A DNA stretch of 64,000 nucleotides from positions 32,001 to 96,000 of the forward strand of contig CAWHXD010000007.1 of NCBI GenBank assembly GCA_963833225.1, given 5' to 3'. Below, in pieces: positions 9,847 through 19,578 of this stretch. The notes beneath the pieces were generated by a model, which did not search any database, had not been told where the DNA came from, and saw only the letters and a list, made by a program, of their open reading frames with translations. Position 1 is the stretch's first letter. Every line of letters starts with the position of its first letter. Position numbers and translations under genes: made by a program. Source of the DNA: an uncultured Chloroflexia bacterium. Its GTDB lineage: Bacteria > Chloroflexota > Limnocylindria > Limnocylindrales > CSP1-4.

Positions 9847-10068
9847 ATGACGAAGGTGCGGACGACCCTGACCATCGACCCCGAGGTGCTGCGCGCGGTC
9901 AAGGTGCGTGCCGCGCGTCTGGGCAAGGGCGACAGCGACGTGATCGAGGAGGCCCTCCGCCGGGATCTCGGGCTTGACCTGCTCGACCGGCTGTGGGCGG
10001 CCAATGACCTCGATGAGGCCGAGGCGCTCGCGCTCGCGAGCGAAGCCCAGCACCGAACGCGCGCCTGA
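9847..10068 (+). CDS. Ribbon-helix-helix antitoxin
   Basis: KVRTTLTIDPEVLRAVKVRAA...SDVIEEALRR. Confidence 0.8.
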   Translation: MTKVRTTLTIDPEVLRAVKVRAARLGKGDSDVIEEALRRDLGLDLLDRLWAANDLDEAEALALASEAQHRTRA

Positions 10069-10080
10069 CCACGCCGCCGC

Positions 10081-10488
10081 GTGCGCGCCGTCCTCGACAC
10101 CAACGTCCTCATCTCGGCGATTCTCTCACCGCGCGGGACACCCGCCCGGCTTCTGCTGGCCTGGCAAGCCGGAGCGTTCGACCTCGTCGTTTCGCCGGCC
10201 CTCCTGGCGGAGCTGCGCCGGGCGCTCGCGTATCCGAAGCTCGAGCGGCTCGTCTCGCGGTCGGATGCCGATTCGTTTGTCGCCTGGATCGGCCATTCGG
10301 CGGTGCTCGCCACGGATCCGGAGGGTGAGCCGCCCGTCCACGCGGCAGATCCGGCGGACGACTACCTGCTCGCCCTCGCGGCCTCGGAGCGGGCGGTGCT
10401 CGTGTCTGGTGACGCCCACCTCACCGTCCTGGGCAACCGGTTCCCGGTCCGGACGCCGGCCGACTTCCTGGCGTCGCTGGAGACGTAG
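10081..10488 (+). CDS. PIN-domain toxin
   Basis: MRAVLDTNVLISA...ELRRAL...DPADDYLLALA...VSGDAHL. Confidence 0.9.
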   Translation: MRAVLDTNVLISAILSPRGTPARLLLAWQAGAFDLVVSPALLAELRRALAYPKLERLVSRSDADSFVAWIGHSAVLATDPEGEPPVHAADPADDYLLALAASERAVLVSGDAHLTVLGNRFPVRTPADFLASLET

Positions 10489-10523
10489 GGCCGCCAGCAC
10501 GTATCGAAATCGTCGTCGCCAAT

Positions 10524-10539
10524 CCTCTCGCCCCGACCA
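10524..10539 (+). repeat. att-like core copy (type B arms)
   Basis: ATCGAAATCGTCGTCGCCAAT-core-GATCTCATGACATGTCGAAGCCG. Confidence 0.93.
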
Positions 10540-10804
10540 GATCTCATGACATGTCGAAGCCGGACCCCTGCGGTCCGGCTTTCTTGTTGCCGGGCGGGTG
10601 GTCCTCCGAGCAGTCGCAACCGTAGGTCATCCGCGACCGGGAGGGCAACGCAGATGTGTACGGTCCTGATGAACCCGCACCCGGACCGCCGGCGTGGTCC
10701 GCCGCACCGTTCATTCTGTGGTTGACATTGAAGGGTTAGCGGACCAATCTTCAGCTATCCCTTCATTCTCGGCGGCCGAATGAAGCAATACGACTGGAGA
10801 CGGC

Positions 10805-12115
10805 ATGCCACGGTACGTCGAGCGGACTTGGGCGGGCGACCCGGGCGCGATGGGGGGACGCCGGGCACGAACGTCGTTCCGCTTCCGAGCATTCGTGCCG
10901 GACGACATCGCCGGACTGGCGCCCGTCGTCCCCTTCGAGGTGGCCGGCCTGGCGGCGGATGCTGAGGCCACGATCCGGGCCCTCAACGAGCGTGCCTCGG
11001 TCGGCGGCCTTGAGGCGATCGGCCCGTTGCTCCTCCGGGCGGAGGCGGTCGCCTCGTCGCGCATCGAGGGCTACGAAGTCTCGTCGCTCAACCTCGCCCG
11101 GGCGCTCGTGGATCCCCGAGCCGCGCGCGGGAGCGCCCGAACGGTGGCCGCCAACGTGTCGGCGATGGAGGAGGCGATCGCCATCGCTGACGGCGACCGG
11201 CCGATCGCGATCGACGACCTGCTAGCGATCCACGCGATCCTGATGTCCGGCGACGAGCGGGCACGGCCCGGTAACCTCCGCGACGAGCAGAACTGGATCG
11301 GCGGCCGGCTGGACAGCCCGCGCGACGCCGCATTCGTGCCCCCGCCGGAAGACCTGGTGCCCGCGTTGCTCGAGGACCTCGTCGCCTTCATCGCGCGGGA
11401 CGAGCTGCCCGCCGTCGCCCAAGCCGCGATCGTCCACGCGCAGTTCGAGACGATCCACCCGTTCATCGACGGCAACGGGCGCGTCGGCCGCGCGCTGGTC
11501 CACGTGGTCCTGCGCCGGCGGGGGGTTGCCAGTCGGTTCGTGCCCCCGGTCTCCATCGTGCTCGCGGCTCGTCCGGCGTCGTACATCGATGGGCTCACCG
11601 CCTTCCGCGAGGGACGGCTCTCCGACTGGATCGCCTCGTTCTCCGGGGCGGCGGCCATGGCTGCCACGGTCTCGATCGACCTCGCCGACCAGGTGGCCGG
11701 GCTGCAGGCGGCGTGGCGCGAACGGGCCGGCCGACCGAGGGCCGGTTCGGCGGCGGCGAAGCTCATCACCCTGCTGCCGGCACTCCCCGTCCTCTCGGCG
11801 CCGACGGCCCGCGTTGCCATCGGTGTGAGCCAGCAACAGACGCTCGCTGCGCTCAAGGCGCTTGCGGACGCAGCTGTGGTGCACCAGATCAGCGGCGGCT
11901 CGTACGACCGGCAGTACGCGGCATCCGAGCTGTTTGACCTGCTCACGGCATACGAGGCCCGGGTCGTCAGCAGGATCGGCCAACGGGGATGGGGTAAGGA
12001 CGGGGCGACAGACGGGGCGACAGGTCAGATGACACCGCAGCCGCCAGCGAGCCGGGATATTGAGGTCGATCGTGGAGGTTTGTCTCCTCTCGCCCCGACC
12101 AGATACGCCAGTTGA
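10805..12115 (+). CDS. Fic family protein (ORF extends through the att arm)
   Basis: HPFIDGNGRVGR Fic motif; N-terminal EAVASSRIEG. Confidence 0.9.
   Translation: MPRYVERTWAGDPGAMGGRRARTSFRFRAFVPDDIAGLAPVVPFEVAGLAADAEATIRALNERASVGGLEAIGPLLLRAEAVASSRIEGYEVSSLNLARALVDPRAARGSARTVAANVSAMEEAIAIADGDRPIAIDDLLAIHAILMSGDERARPGNLRDEQNWIGGRLDSPRDAAFVPPPEDLVPALLEDLVAFIARDELPAVAQAAIVHAQFETIHPFIDGNGRVGRALVHVVLRRRGVASRFVPPVSIVLAARPASYIDGLTAFREGRLSDWIASFSGAAAMAATVSIDLADQVAGLQAAWRERAGRPRAGSAAAKLITLLPALPVLSAPTARVAIGVSQQQTLAALKALADAAVVHQISGGSYDRQYAASELFDLLTAYEARVVSRIGQRGWGKDGATDGATGQMTPQPPASRDIEVDRGGLSPLAPTRYAS
12086..12101 (+). repeat. att-like core copy (type A arm)
   Basis: GAGGTCGATCGTGGAGGTTTGTCT plus exact core. 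Confidence 0.93.
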
Positions 12116-12266
12116 TGCGCTTCGTGCTCAGAATCGCCACGCCGGGCTCTCACAGGCCAGTCCCATCTTGCCCCGCCGTACCTGAATGTCCCGCTGCCTG
12201 GTTCTGAGCCCCCCGATCTTGCAAGTCTGGCGACCCCGAAGCCCTGCCATCTCGTAAACTGACGGC

Positions 12267-13667
12267 ATGTTGACGCGCGACCAGGTCAATGCGCTGAACC
12301 CCTGGTGGAGTGATGCGGGCTGGCGTCCGGCGGACGACCTGCACCTCGCCGCCGCTGACGAGGCCCCGTTCCGCTGGGATCCGCGCCCGTTCGATCCAGA
12401 CGACCTTGCCTCAGGCGCCGTGTTCACCCTGCGCGGCCTCCGCCAGAGCGGCAAGACGACGCTCGCCAAGCGTCTCATCGCCGATCGCGTCGCCGCGGGC
12501 CACGGCCGCCGCACCTGCTTCCTCACACTCCAGACCGTCACCACCGCCGACGAGCTGCGCGAGGCCATTGAGCTCGTCCTGCGCCTCTGGCCGGACGCTC
12601 CCGGCGAGTGGCTGTTCGTCCTCGACGAGCTGACGTTCGTCCCGGACTGGGCGCGCCCGATCGTCTACCTGCGCGAGCACGACCGCGCGTTCCGCGCCGC
12701 GACCGTGCTCCTCATGGGATCGTCCGCGTATGATCTCGCGTCGTCGGCCGACCTCCTCCACGGCCGGCGCGGACGCTGGCACCGCCCGCTCGACCGGCTG
12801 CACATGCCGATGAGCTTCCGCGACTACACGGCCGCCCGGAGCCTGGCCGCGGTGCCGGAGGCGAGCATCGGTCTGGCGGACCTGCTCACCCCCGACGGAC
12901 GCGCTGCGGTCGATGTCGCGAGCTTGCGCACGGCCGAGCTCGACCAGTACCTGGGCGAGTACGTCCGCTGCGGCGGCCTCCCGGCCCCGGTCACCGACAT
13001 GCTCCTCGACGGGCGCGTCGCCGATGCCACGGTGACCGAGCTCTGGAGGGGGATCTCCGCCGACGCGCGGCGCCTGTCGCGCAGCGACCTCGTGCTGCGC
13101 AAGCTCCTCGCCCGGGCGGTGGTCGCGCTCGCCTCGATGACCGACACCGGGACCCTCGCCCACGAGCTCGATGTCAGCCGCCCCACCGCGGGCGCCTATG
13201 TGGACGTCCTCGCCGCGTCGTTTGCCCTGATCGCCCTCTACCAGCGCGACGCCAAGCGCCAGGACGGGCCAGCCCTGCGCCGGCCGCGCAAGCTCTACCT
13301 CGGTGACACGGCCCTGACGGCGATCCCGGGTGTGCTCGGCGGTCCGGCTCCGGTCGAGGGCGCCCTCGTCGAGAACGCCATCGCGATCGCGCTCCTACGG
13401 GCGGACCGGGCAGCGCTCGAGGGCTTCGCGCACCCCGATCACCTGTACTACTGGCGCAGCGCCGATGGCCGGGAGGTCGACTTCCTGGTCACGGATCCCG
13501 CACTCGTCGCGGTCGAGTCCAAGTACGCGACGCACCGCACCGGCAAGGACTACGAGAGCATGACCAAAGCGTTCGGGCGGGGGATCATGGTCAGCCGACG
13601 GGACATCGAGCTGGACCGGGAGGTCGTGACCGTGCCGGCGGGCGTGCTTCTGGCTCTGCTGGGATGA
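12267..13667 (+). CDS. AAA_14 ATPase with DUF4143 / PD-(D/E)xK-like C-terminus
   Basis: NPWW; GLRQSGKTT (Walker A); FVLDE; GGLP; RKLYLGD; YYWRSADGREVDF...VESK. Confidence 0.88.
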   Translation: MLTRDQVNALNPWWSDAGWRPADDLHLAAADEAPFRWDPRPFDPDDLASGAVFTLRGLRQSGKTTLAKRLIADRVAAGHGRRTCFLTLQTVTTADELREAIELVLRLWPDAPGEWLFVLDELTFVPDWARPIVYLREHDRAFRAATVLLMGSSAYDLASSADLLHGRRGRWHRPLDRLHMPMSFRDYTAARSLAAVPEASIGLADLLTPDGRAAVDVASLRTAELDQYLGEYVRCGGLPAPVTDMLLDGRVADATVTELWRGISADARRLSRSDLVLRKLLARAVVALASMTDTGTLAHELDVSRPTAGAYVDVLAASFALIALYQRDAKRQDGPALRRPRKLYLGDTALTAIPGVLGGPAPVEGALVENAIAIALLRADRAALEGFAHPDHLYYWRSADGREVDFLVTDPALVAVESKYATHRTGKDYESMTKAFGRGIMVSRRDIELDREVVTVPAGVLLALLG

Positions 13668-13680
13668 GGAAGGCTTGGCG

Positions 13681-13800
13681 ATGACCGGCACCTGGCTGTC
13701 GATCCGCGTCGACCTCGTCGAGGGTCGCGGGGAGCGCCTATGGCCGCGACCCGGACGGATCTTCGCGGCGGCCCGGAGCCACACGTTCGCCACCCTCCGA
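13681..13800 (+). pseudogene. N-terminal fragment of a conserved hypothetical (pRiA4b ORF3-like) protein
   Basis: MTGTWLSIRVDLVEGRGERLWPRPGRIFAAARSHTF, then similarity is lost. Confidence 0.5.
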
Positions 13801-13922
13801 TCGCACGGCGCACGGACGGAAGCGCAACTTCACGAAGCTGCTGGACAACGCACGATGGTGACGGCTCCGGCATAGATCGTGCCCGGCGAGGTCGCCAGGT
13901 GGGAGGCGTGCACGAGATCCGG

Positions 13923-14349
13923 TCAGGCGATGGAGCGGTCGCGTAGCCACCGTGCCGAACCAGTCAGAGCGATGCTCAACGGCAAGGAGACCGGGACATT
14001 AAGGTCGGTCGTGGAGGCCTGTCTCCTCTCGCCCCGACCAGATCGACCTTCCTTCACGCGGACGACGCCGGCCCCGAAGGCCGCGTCCCATCCCCGGGCT
14101 TTCGGTTGGGCGGTCAGCGTGAATGTGTAGTCGGTCACTCCCGGGACGTCGATCCGCTCGAACGCGGCCTCGGCGATCGCGTGGCGGCCGGCGTCCGAGG
14201 TCTTCGCCAACAGCGCCGGCAGCGACTCCAGGTAGGCGCGTACCTCGGCGGCCGTTGGGATGCGTGACGGTCGGACCACCGCCGCTGCGGCCTCGGCGTC
14301 GAGCCGCACCATCGTCGCCTCGAACCGACCCAGGTCGCGATCCTTCGCG
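13923..14349 (-). pseudogene. Second LSR C-terminal fragment
   Basis: RLDAEAAAAVVRPSRIPTAAEVRAYLESLP...GWDAAFGAG...GRSGRGERRQ, close paralogue of 3889-4320. Confidence 0.9.
14025..14040 (+). repeat. att-like core copy within the second LSR fragment (type A)
   Basis: Exact core. Confidence 0.93.
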
Positions 14350-14450
14350 TGTGCGTGGTCACGCCGGCCACGTGCACGCGCCGCGAGTTCGACGAAGATC
14401 AGGATATCGGGCGTGGTGTTAGACTAGTCGCAGACCAGATGGAGAGGCGA

Positions 14451-14690
14451 ATGCGACGGATCGGTGCGTATGAGGCGAAGACCCACCTTCCCCGGCTGCT
14501 GGACGAGGTAGCCGGCGGGCAGGCGATCACGATCACGAAGCACGGTGTCGCGGTCGCGGTGCTGGGACCTGTGTCGGCGTCCCCGACCCGGACGCCGCAC
14601 GAGGCGATCGCGGGCCTGCGGGCCTTCCGCGCCGCCCACCCCCTCGGCGGGCTGTCGATTCGGGAGCTCATCGATGAGGGCCGGCGTTGA
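14451..14690 (+). CDS. Phd/YefM-family antitoxin
   Basis: MRRIGAYEAKTHLPRLLDEV..G..ITITKHG. Confidence 0.9.
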   Translation: MRRIGAYEAKTHLPRLLDEVAGGQAITITKHGVAVAVLGPVSASPTRTPHEAIAGLRAFRAAHPLGGLSIRELIDEGRR

Positions 14691-15097
14691 TGTTCGTCGT
14701 GGACGCCTCCGTTGCGCTCGCCTGGTGCCTGGCCGACGAGTCATCCGAGCTCGCTGGGCGGGCCCTTGATCGGCTTGAACAGGACGAGGCGCTGGCCCCG
14801 GCGATCTGGCCGCTCGAGGTCGCGAACGGGCTGCGCACCGCGGAGCGGCGTGGACGGCTCGATCTCGCCGACATGGCGCACGTCCGCGAGTTGCTGGTGT
14901 CGCTTCCCATCGAGGTCGAGAGCGTCCCGCTGGACGTGGCGCTGGGCGAGGTGACCGAGCTCGCCCGCCAGCTCGATCTGACCGCCTACGACGCGGCCTA
15001 TCTCGCACTGGCGGCGCGACATGGGGTTGCCCTGGCCACGGTCGATGCGCGGCTCAGGCGCGCCTGCGAACGAGCCGGCGTCGAACTCGTAGGCTGA
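14687..15097 (+). CDS. vapC: VapC PIN toxin
   Basis: FVVDASVALAW...WPLEVAN...LTAYDAAYLALA...TVD. Confidence 0.9.
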   Translation: MMFVVDASVALAWCLADESSELAGRALDRLEQDEALAPAIWPLEVANGLRTAERRGRLDLADMAHVRELLVSLPIEVESVPLDVALGEVTELARQLDLTAYDAAYLALAARHGVALATVDARLRRACERAGVELVG

Positions 15098-15141
15098 GCG
15101 GGTCGGCCGTTCGCTGAGTCATCGAAATCGTCGTCGCGATT

Positions 15142-15157
15142 CCTCTCGCCCCGACCA
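15142..15157 (+). repeat. att-like core copy (type B arms)
   Basis: ATCGAAATCGTCGTCGCGATT-core-GATCTCATGGCACATCGAAGCCG. Confidence 0.93.
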
Positions 15158-15312
15158 GATCTCATGGCACATCGAAGCCGAACCAGGCACACCGACGTTC
15201 CTGTTCCTCGGTTGTGGCACTCGACCCGGACACAGGAGCGAAAGCCCCGGGCGTGCGGCACGGGCGCTTGTGTGCGACACGCGCCTGTCAGTTTGCAAGC
15301 CCGAGCCGGGGC

Positions 15313-15705
15313 CTAGGGTCGAACCTCGACGAAGCCCGCCGCACTGAAGTCGCCGTCGAAGGCCAGTGCCTCCCCGAGGCGCTCCCGGCGCATGACGACG
15401 AAGCTCGCGGCATCGACGAACGAGTAGACCCGCTCGTCGTGGCGCCGGAGCCAGGCCCTTGCCTCGCGCTCGATCCCCTCGTCCACATGCACGACGGTGA
15501 GCCAATCTGCGGACTCAACCGCGTCGAGGAACGCGACGGCCCCTGGGTGCCCGTCGCGCCGGCGCAGGAACGTCCAGGTCTCGCCGACGACGTGGTTGGT
15601 CGTCAGGAGCGCCTGACCGGGCGCCCAGAGGCGGACTGCGTCCGGGTGATTGGCATCACGCCGGAGCCGGAGCGCCACCCAGTAGGAGGTGTCGACGAAC
15701 CTCAC
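15313..15705 (-). CDS. vapC: VapC PIN toxin
   Basis: FVDTSYW...VVGETWT...SFVDAASF...FDGDFSAAGF. Confidence 0.9.
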   Translation of the reverse strand: MRFVDTSYWVALRLRRDANHPDAVRLWAPGQALLTTNHVVGETWTFLRRRDGHPGAVAFLDAVESADWLTVVHVDEGIEREARAWLRRHDERVYSFVDAASFVVMRRERLGEALAFDGDFSAAGFVEVRP

Positions 15706-15914
15706 GAGCCGTAGACGACGTCGTCGACGGGTTCCGGCGCAGCATCACTGCCGCCGATCCAGTCGCGGAATGGATCGACCGTCGGCTCTGCCTCGCCGAT
15801 CGAGCGTCGGACGGCGTCCCGGATGAGGGCCGCCTTGGACGTATGCGTTCGACGCGCCCGGGAGGCCAGCGCGTCGTCCAGCCCCTCCTCGATGTAGATC
15901 TGCAGTCGCTTCAT
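15702..15914 (-). CDS. CopG/RHH antitoxin
   Basis: MKRLQIYIEEGLDDAL...SKAALIRDAV...VDDVVYG. Confidence 0.85.
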   Translation of the reverse strand: MKRLQIYIEEGLDDALASRARRTHTSKAALIRDAVRRSIGEAEPTVDPFRDWIGGSDAAPEPVDDVVYGS

Positions 15915-15987
15915 TGTTGGAGTATACATCTAACGACAGCGTATACGCCACCATCCCTCGCGGCTTGCACTGTCGCGGGACTCGCGG

Positions 15988-16848
15988 TCATTCATGAAGA
16001 AAGGCGATGAGGGCTGAGGCAAGTTCGGCCGGAGCGTCCTCTTGCACAAGGTGGCCGGCCCGTGCAATGAGCCGCAGCTGTGCGCCCGGGATGCGTGAGG
16101 CGAGTTCGAGGCCCTTGGCCACCGGAATCCAGGCATCGTCCGCGCCCCAACACACCAGGACCGGGATGTCGATCGCGCCGTACCGATCTTGAATCTCGTC
16201 GGTGTGGCCTTGCTCGGCCTGGGCGATCTGACGGTAGAAGCTTGACTGGCCGCTGCCACCCAGCCAGGGTTCGACGAGCCGGTCGAGGGTCGCCGGAAGG
16301 AGTCCCCGACAGCTCGCCGAGCTGATGTATTCGCGAACCAGGGCACGATGGAGGGTTGGCGGGAGTCGACTGAACACCTCCGAGTTTTCGCGGACCAGCT
16401 GGAAGAACGGCGATCCCCACGGCGCCAGGGCGACCGCGTCGACCAACGCGAGTTTGCGGTATCGAGCGCCATGGAGCAGGTAGGCGCGGAGGGCGACAGC
16501 GCCGCCGAAGTCGTGTGCGATCACCAACGGTTCCGCCAGCCCCCAATGCGCCAGGAGCTCGGCGAACACCCGGCCCTGAGCGGCGAGCGACACATCTTGT
16601 CCATCGGCCTTTTCCGAGGCTCCATAGCCGGGCATGTCCCAGAGGAACACCTGGTGATCTCGGGCAAGCGAGCGGGCGATGCCACGCCAGACGTAGGAGG
16701 AGAAAGGAGTGCCGTGCAGGAGGACGACCGGTTCTGAGCCCGCCGTTCCTAGGGAGTCCCAGCAGACTCGGCCGGAGGCGCTGCTGTAGTTCTGGTTCAG
16801 CTGCCCATCGATCACCGTTGGCCGTCCCCCGAGTGAACGTTGACCCAT
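15988..16848 (-). CDS. Alpha/beta hydrolase (start uncertain)
   Basis: LLHGTPFSS, DMPGYG, AHDFGG, AGHLVQED. Confidence 0.85.
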   Translation of the reverse strand: MGQRSLGGRPTVIDGQLNQNYSSASGRVCWDSLGTAGSEPVVLLHGTPFSSYVWRGIARSLARDHQVFLWDMPGYGASEKADGQDVSLAAQGRVFAELLAHWGLAEPLVIAHDFGGAVALRAYLLHGARYRKLALVDAVALAPWGSPFFQLVRENSEVFSRLPPTLHRALVREYISSASCRGLLPATLDRLVEPWLGGSGQSSFYRQIAQAEQGHTDEIQDRYGAIDIPVLVCWGADDAWIPVAKGLELASRIPGAQLRLIARAGHLVQEDAPAELASALIAFLHE

Positions 16849-17345
16849 GTCAGGTGCCGGTGGTCAGTCTCCGGGTTCATCAATGCGCCCTTTCTGAGGC
16901 TCCTGACACCGTGTCGACGATCCGGGACTTGGCTCACCCTACCCAGTATCACCATGAGCCGATAGTGGGTTCTGCGGCCGCGTCTGCGAGGCACGGCGCG
17001 GTGTTCGCGAGCGCTCGCGTCGATCCCCCCGTCCGGCTATGTCACGCCGGCTCGCCCACCGAATCGCTTGCCAGTTGCGCCGCCGTCAGTTGAACGATGA
17101 GGCGGTCGCGGCGATCCATCACCTCCGATACAAGGCCGCGAAGATCTCTTGTTGGCTCGAGGTCTCGGCTGGATGGGCGCATACGATCCGGCGGTAGGCG
17201 GCCGTCGGGCTGCGGCGCGTCCGGACGGCGGCTGAGCCGGCCCGACGTGAGCGCCGGTGCCCGGTCCGCGTCGAACGGCGCGCCGCCAGCGGCGAGCGGC
17301 ATCACGTGGTCGAGTGACAGCGGTTCCGCCCATCATACTCAGCCG

Positions 17346-17879
17346 ATGCCGCCGCCTCGCCCATCGCTCGCCGCACAGTTCGCCGCCTTCCTGCGCTTGG
17401 GAGCATTCGCCTTCGGTGGCCTCGGGGCTGCGCTCGGACTGATCGATCGCGATCTGGTCGAACGCCGCGGCTGGGTGGCTGCCGAGGACCTGCGGGCCGC
17501 CCTCGCATTCACCAAACCGCTGCCCGGCTCAACGGTCGTGCAGGTCGTCGCCTTCCTTGGGTGGCGACTCGGTCGCTGGCCTGGGGCCCTCATCGCGTCG
17601 GTCGCGTTCGTCCTCCCGTCGGCTGCGCTGATGATCGGCGCGGCGGTTCTGTTGACAGCTGCGCCCGGCGGGCGCGTGCTCGAAGGAGCGCTTCTCGGCG
17701 TCCAGATCGCAGTCGTCGGCCTGCTCGCCTCGGCCCTCGCCCGGCTCTCGGGCGATCTCCCCACTGCCCGGCTGCAAGGACTTGCCCTGCTGGCCATGGT
17801 CGCCGGTCTGTTCTCGATCAACGCAGCCGTGATCGTCGTCATCGCCGGCCTCGTGTGGATGGTCGTCCATGCTCCTTGA
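17346..17879 (+). CDS. chrA: Short-chain chromate transporter, subunit 1
   Basis: FLRLGAFAFGG...LPGS...GALIASVAFVLPS. Confidence 0.85.
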   Translation: MPPPRPSLAAQFAAFLRLGAFAFGGLGAALGLIDRDLVERRGWVAAEDLRAALAFTKPLPGSTVVQVVAFLGWRLGRWPGALIASVAFVLPSAALMIGAAVLLTAAPGGRVLEGALLGVQIAVVGLLASALARLSGDLPTARLQGLALLAMVAGLFSINAAVIVVIAGLVWMVVHAP

Positions 17880-18396
17880 ACTGGTGCTCCGGTTCCTGGT
17901 CATCGGCGCCGTCGCCTTCGGAGGTGGCCAGGCGGCGCTGCCCCTGGTGGAGCGGCTGGCTGTTGGCGAGATGGGCTGGCTCAGCCCGTCTCGCTTCGCG
18001 GTCGGTGTCGGGCTCGCCTATGCGACCCCGGGACCGGTGCTCATCCTCGCCGCGTACGTCGGCTATGCCGTTGCGGGGATCGCCGGAGCGCTGGCGGCCA
18101 CCGTCGCGGTCTTCGCCGTCCCGGTGGCGCTGGCAGCGAGCGCCGCGGCAGTCGTCACGCGGCTCGAAGCATCGCCACGCTTCCGTCGGTTCGCGGCGGG
18201 CGCATCGGCCGGGGCTGTCGGGCTTCTCGGGGTCACCCTCCTGGCGTTGGCCCGACCCGTCGGCGTCGTCTCCCCGGTCCTACTGCTGATCTCAGCGATC
18301 GTCTTCCTCGCGGCCCGACGAGTCTCGCCCGTCGCACTGCTGGCCGTGGCCGTCGTGGCCGGCGGCCTCATTGGAGCCGCCACGGGAACGCCTTGA
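17869..18396 (+). CDS. chrA: Short-chain chromate transporter, subunit 2
   Basis: IGAVAFGGG...ATPGP...YVGY. Confidence 0.85.
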   Translation: MLLELVLRFLVIGAVAFGGGQAALPLVERLAVGEMGWLSPSRFAVGVGLAYATPGPVLILAAYVGYAVAGIAGALAATVAVFAVPVALAASAAAVVTRLEASPRFRRFAAGASAGAVGLLGVTLLALARPVGVVSPVLLLISAIVFLAARRVSPVALLAVAVVAGGLIGAATGTP

Positions 18397-18627
18397 GGCC
18401 CGCGAGTCGTCGATGTCCCGCCAGGGCAGAGACGCCTTCACCGCTGTGTATGCCCTTGCGGGTTGGAGGGCATCGCTCAGAATGGCTCGAGACTCGGGAC
18501 CAGGAGCCAGCCACCGGCCCGTCCTGCCGCCCGGTCCCCGCGGGCAGTCGCAGGGTGCGGGACTTGATCGTCATGGACGGCCTCCGGTTCGTGGAGCGGT
18601 GGCCCACGATGCGGGCAGTGGACGCCC

Positions 18628-19062
18628 TCAGTGCTCGGCGGGTGCGGGCGTCAGCAAGACGAGGGCGATCGGTCGCGCGGTGAGCTTCTGGTAGCCGTCG
18701 TATCGCCCGTGGTTGACCTCATTGACGAGGCGCCAGAGTCGCGGATAGTCGACGTCGCCAGACTCGACGATCCGGGCCCCGGCCGCGGCTCGCCGCCGGC
18801 CGACCTGGATAGTGACCTCGGAATTGGCGCTCACGTTGTGGAGCCATGCTGGAGGCCGGTCCTGCCCGCCGTTCGAGGCGACAACGACGTACCGGCCCTC
18901 ATCGATCCCGTACACGAGCACAGCCACCCGCGTCTTGCCCGTGCGGCGTCCGGTCGTGCGGAGGATGAGCGATGGCACGCCGATCATCCGGTGCCCCAGC
19001 CTCCCGTCGCTGCGCACGTAGACGGCCTGGTGGAGTCGGAGGAAGGGGTCGGAGATGGACAT
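18628..19062 (-). CDS. Deazaflavin (F420)-dependent nitroreductase family
   Basis: LRTTGRRTGK...VVASNGG...PAWLHN...YQKLTARPI. Confidence 0.85.
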   Translation of the reverse strand: MSISDPFLRLHQAVYVRSDGRLGHRMIGVPSLILRTTGRRTGKTRVAVLVYGIDEGRYVVVASNGGQDRPPAWLHNVSANSEVTIQVGRRRAAAGARIVESGDVDYPRLWRLVNEVNHGRYDGYQKLTARPIALVLLTPAPAEH

Positions 19063-19132
19063 GGCCGACAGGGTACGCTCGGATCCCGTAGGCACGTTGA
19101 CGACGGCGGTACCCGGCTCGGGCAGCGCGATC

Positions 19133-19161
19133 TTGACAGGAGAGCCCGAGAGGGTTATATA
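19133..19161 (+). promoter_or_regulatory. sigma70-like promoter for the PadR operon
   Basis: TTGACA-17 bp-TATATA, followed by ATATATCG repeats. Confidence 0.6.
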
Positions 19162-19235
19162 TCGCTCCACGATATATCGCCTGTCGCTATTGCTCGCCGG
19201 CGGACGCGCTGGCAGGCATGCCACTGGAGGACACC

Positions 19236-19574
19236 GTGACGTCCGGCCTACTCGACCTCGGCCGCTTCGCAGAGCCGTCCATCGCCATCCTCATCTCGCT
19301 GAGCGAAGGCCCCAAGCACGGCTACGCGATCATGGCCGATGCCGAGGCGACAACCGGCCAACCCCTGGGCCCGGGCACCCTGTACGCGGCGCTCGGGCGG
19401 CTCGAGCGGCGGGGGCTGATCGAGGCGCTCCCGCCCGAGGACCGGCGGAGGCCGTATCGCCTGACAGGGCTCGGCGCCGCGACCCTCCGCGCCCATCTCG
19501 CCCAGCTGGAGCGACTTGTTCAGACGGGCTTCGTCCGCCTGAACGGGTTGGCCGGCGCTGCAGACGGGTCCTGA
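19236..19574 (+). CDS. PadR family regulator
   Basis: GPKHGYAI...GPGTLYAALGRLERRGLI...RRPYRLT. Confidence 0.9.
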   Translation: MTSGLLDLGRFAEPSIAILISLSEGPKHGYAIMADAEATTGQPLGPGTLYAALGRLERRGLIEALPPEDRRRPYRLTGLGAATLRAHLAQLERLVQTGFVRLNGLAGAADGS

Positions 19575-19578
19575 CCCG

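Noticed and set aside
10521-10539. Complete tRNA-Pro gene at one of the cores
   Set aside because: Only the 3' 16-19 nt match; no upstream CGGGGCG acceptor half, D-arm, anticodon arm or GTTCRA loop at any copy
14420-14440. AGACTAGTCGCAGACCAGAT as an att remnant
   Set aside because: Only GACCAGAT is shared; its position fits the Phd-VapC promoter/operator better
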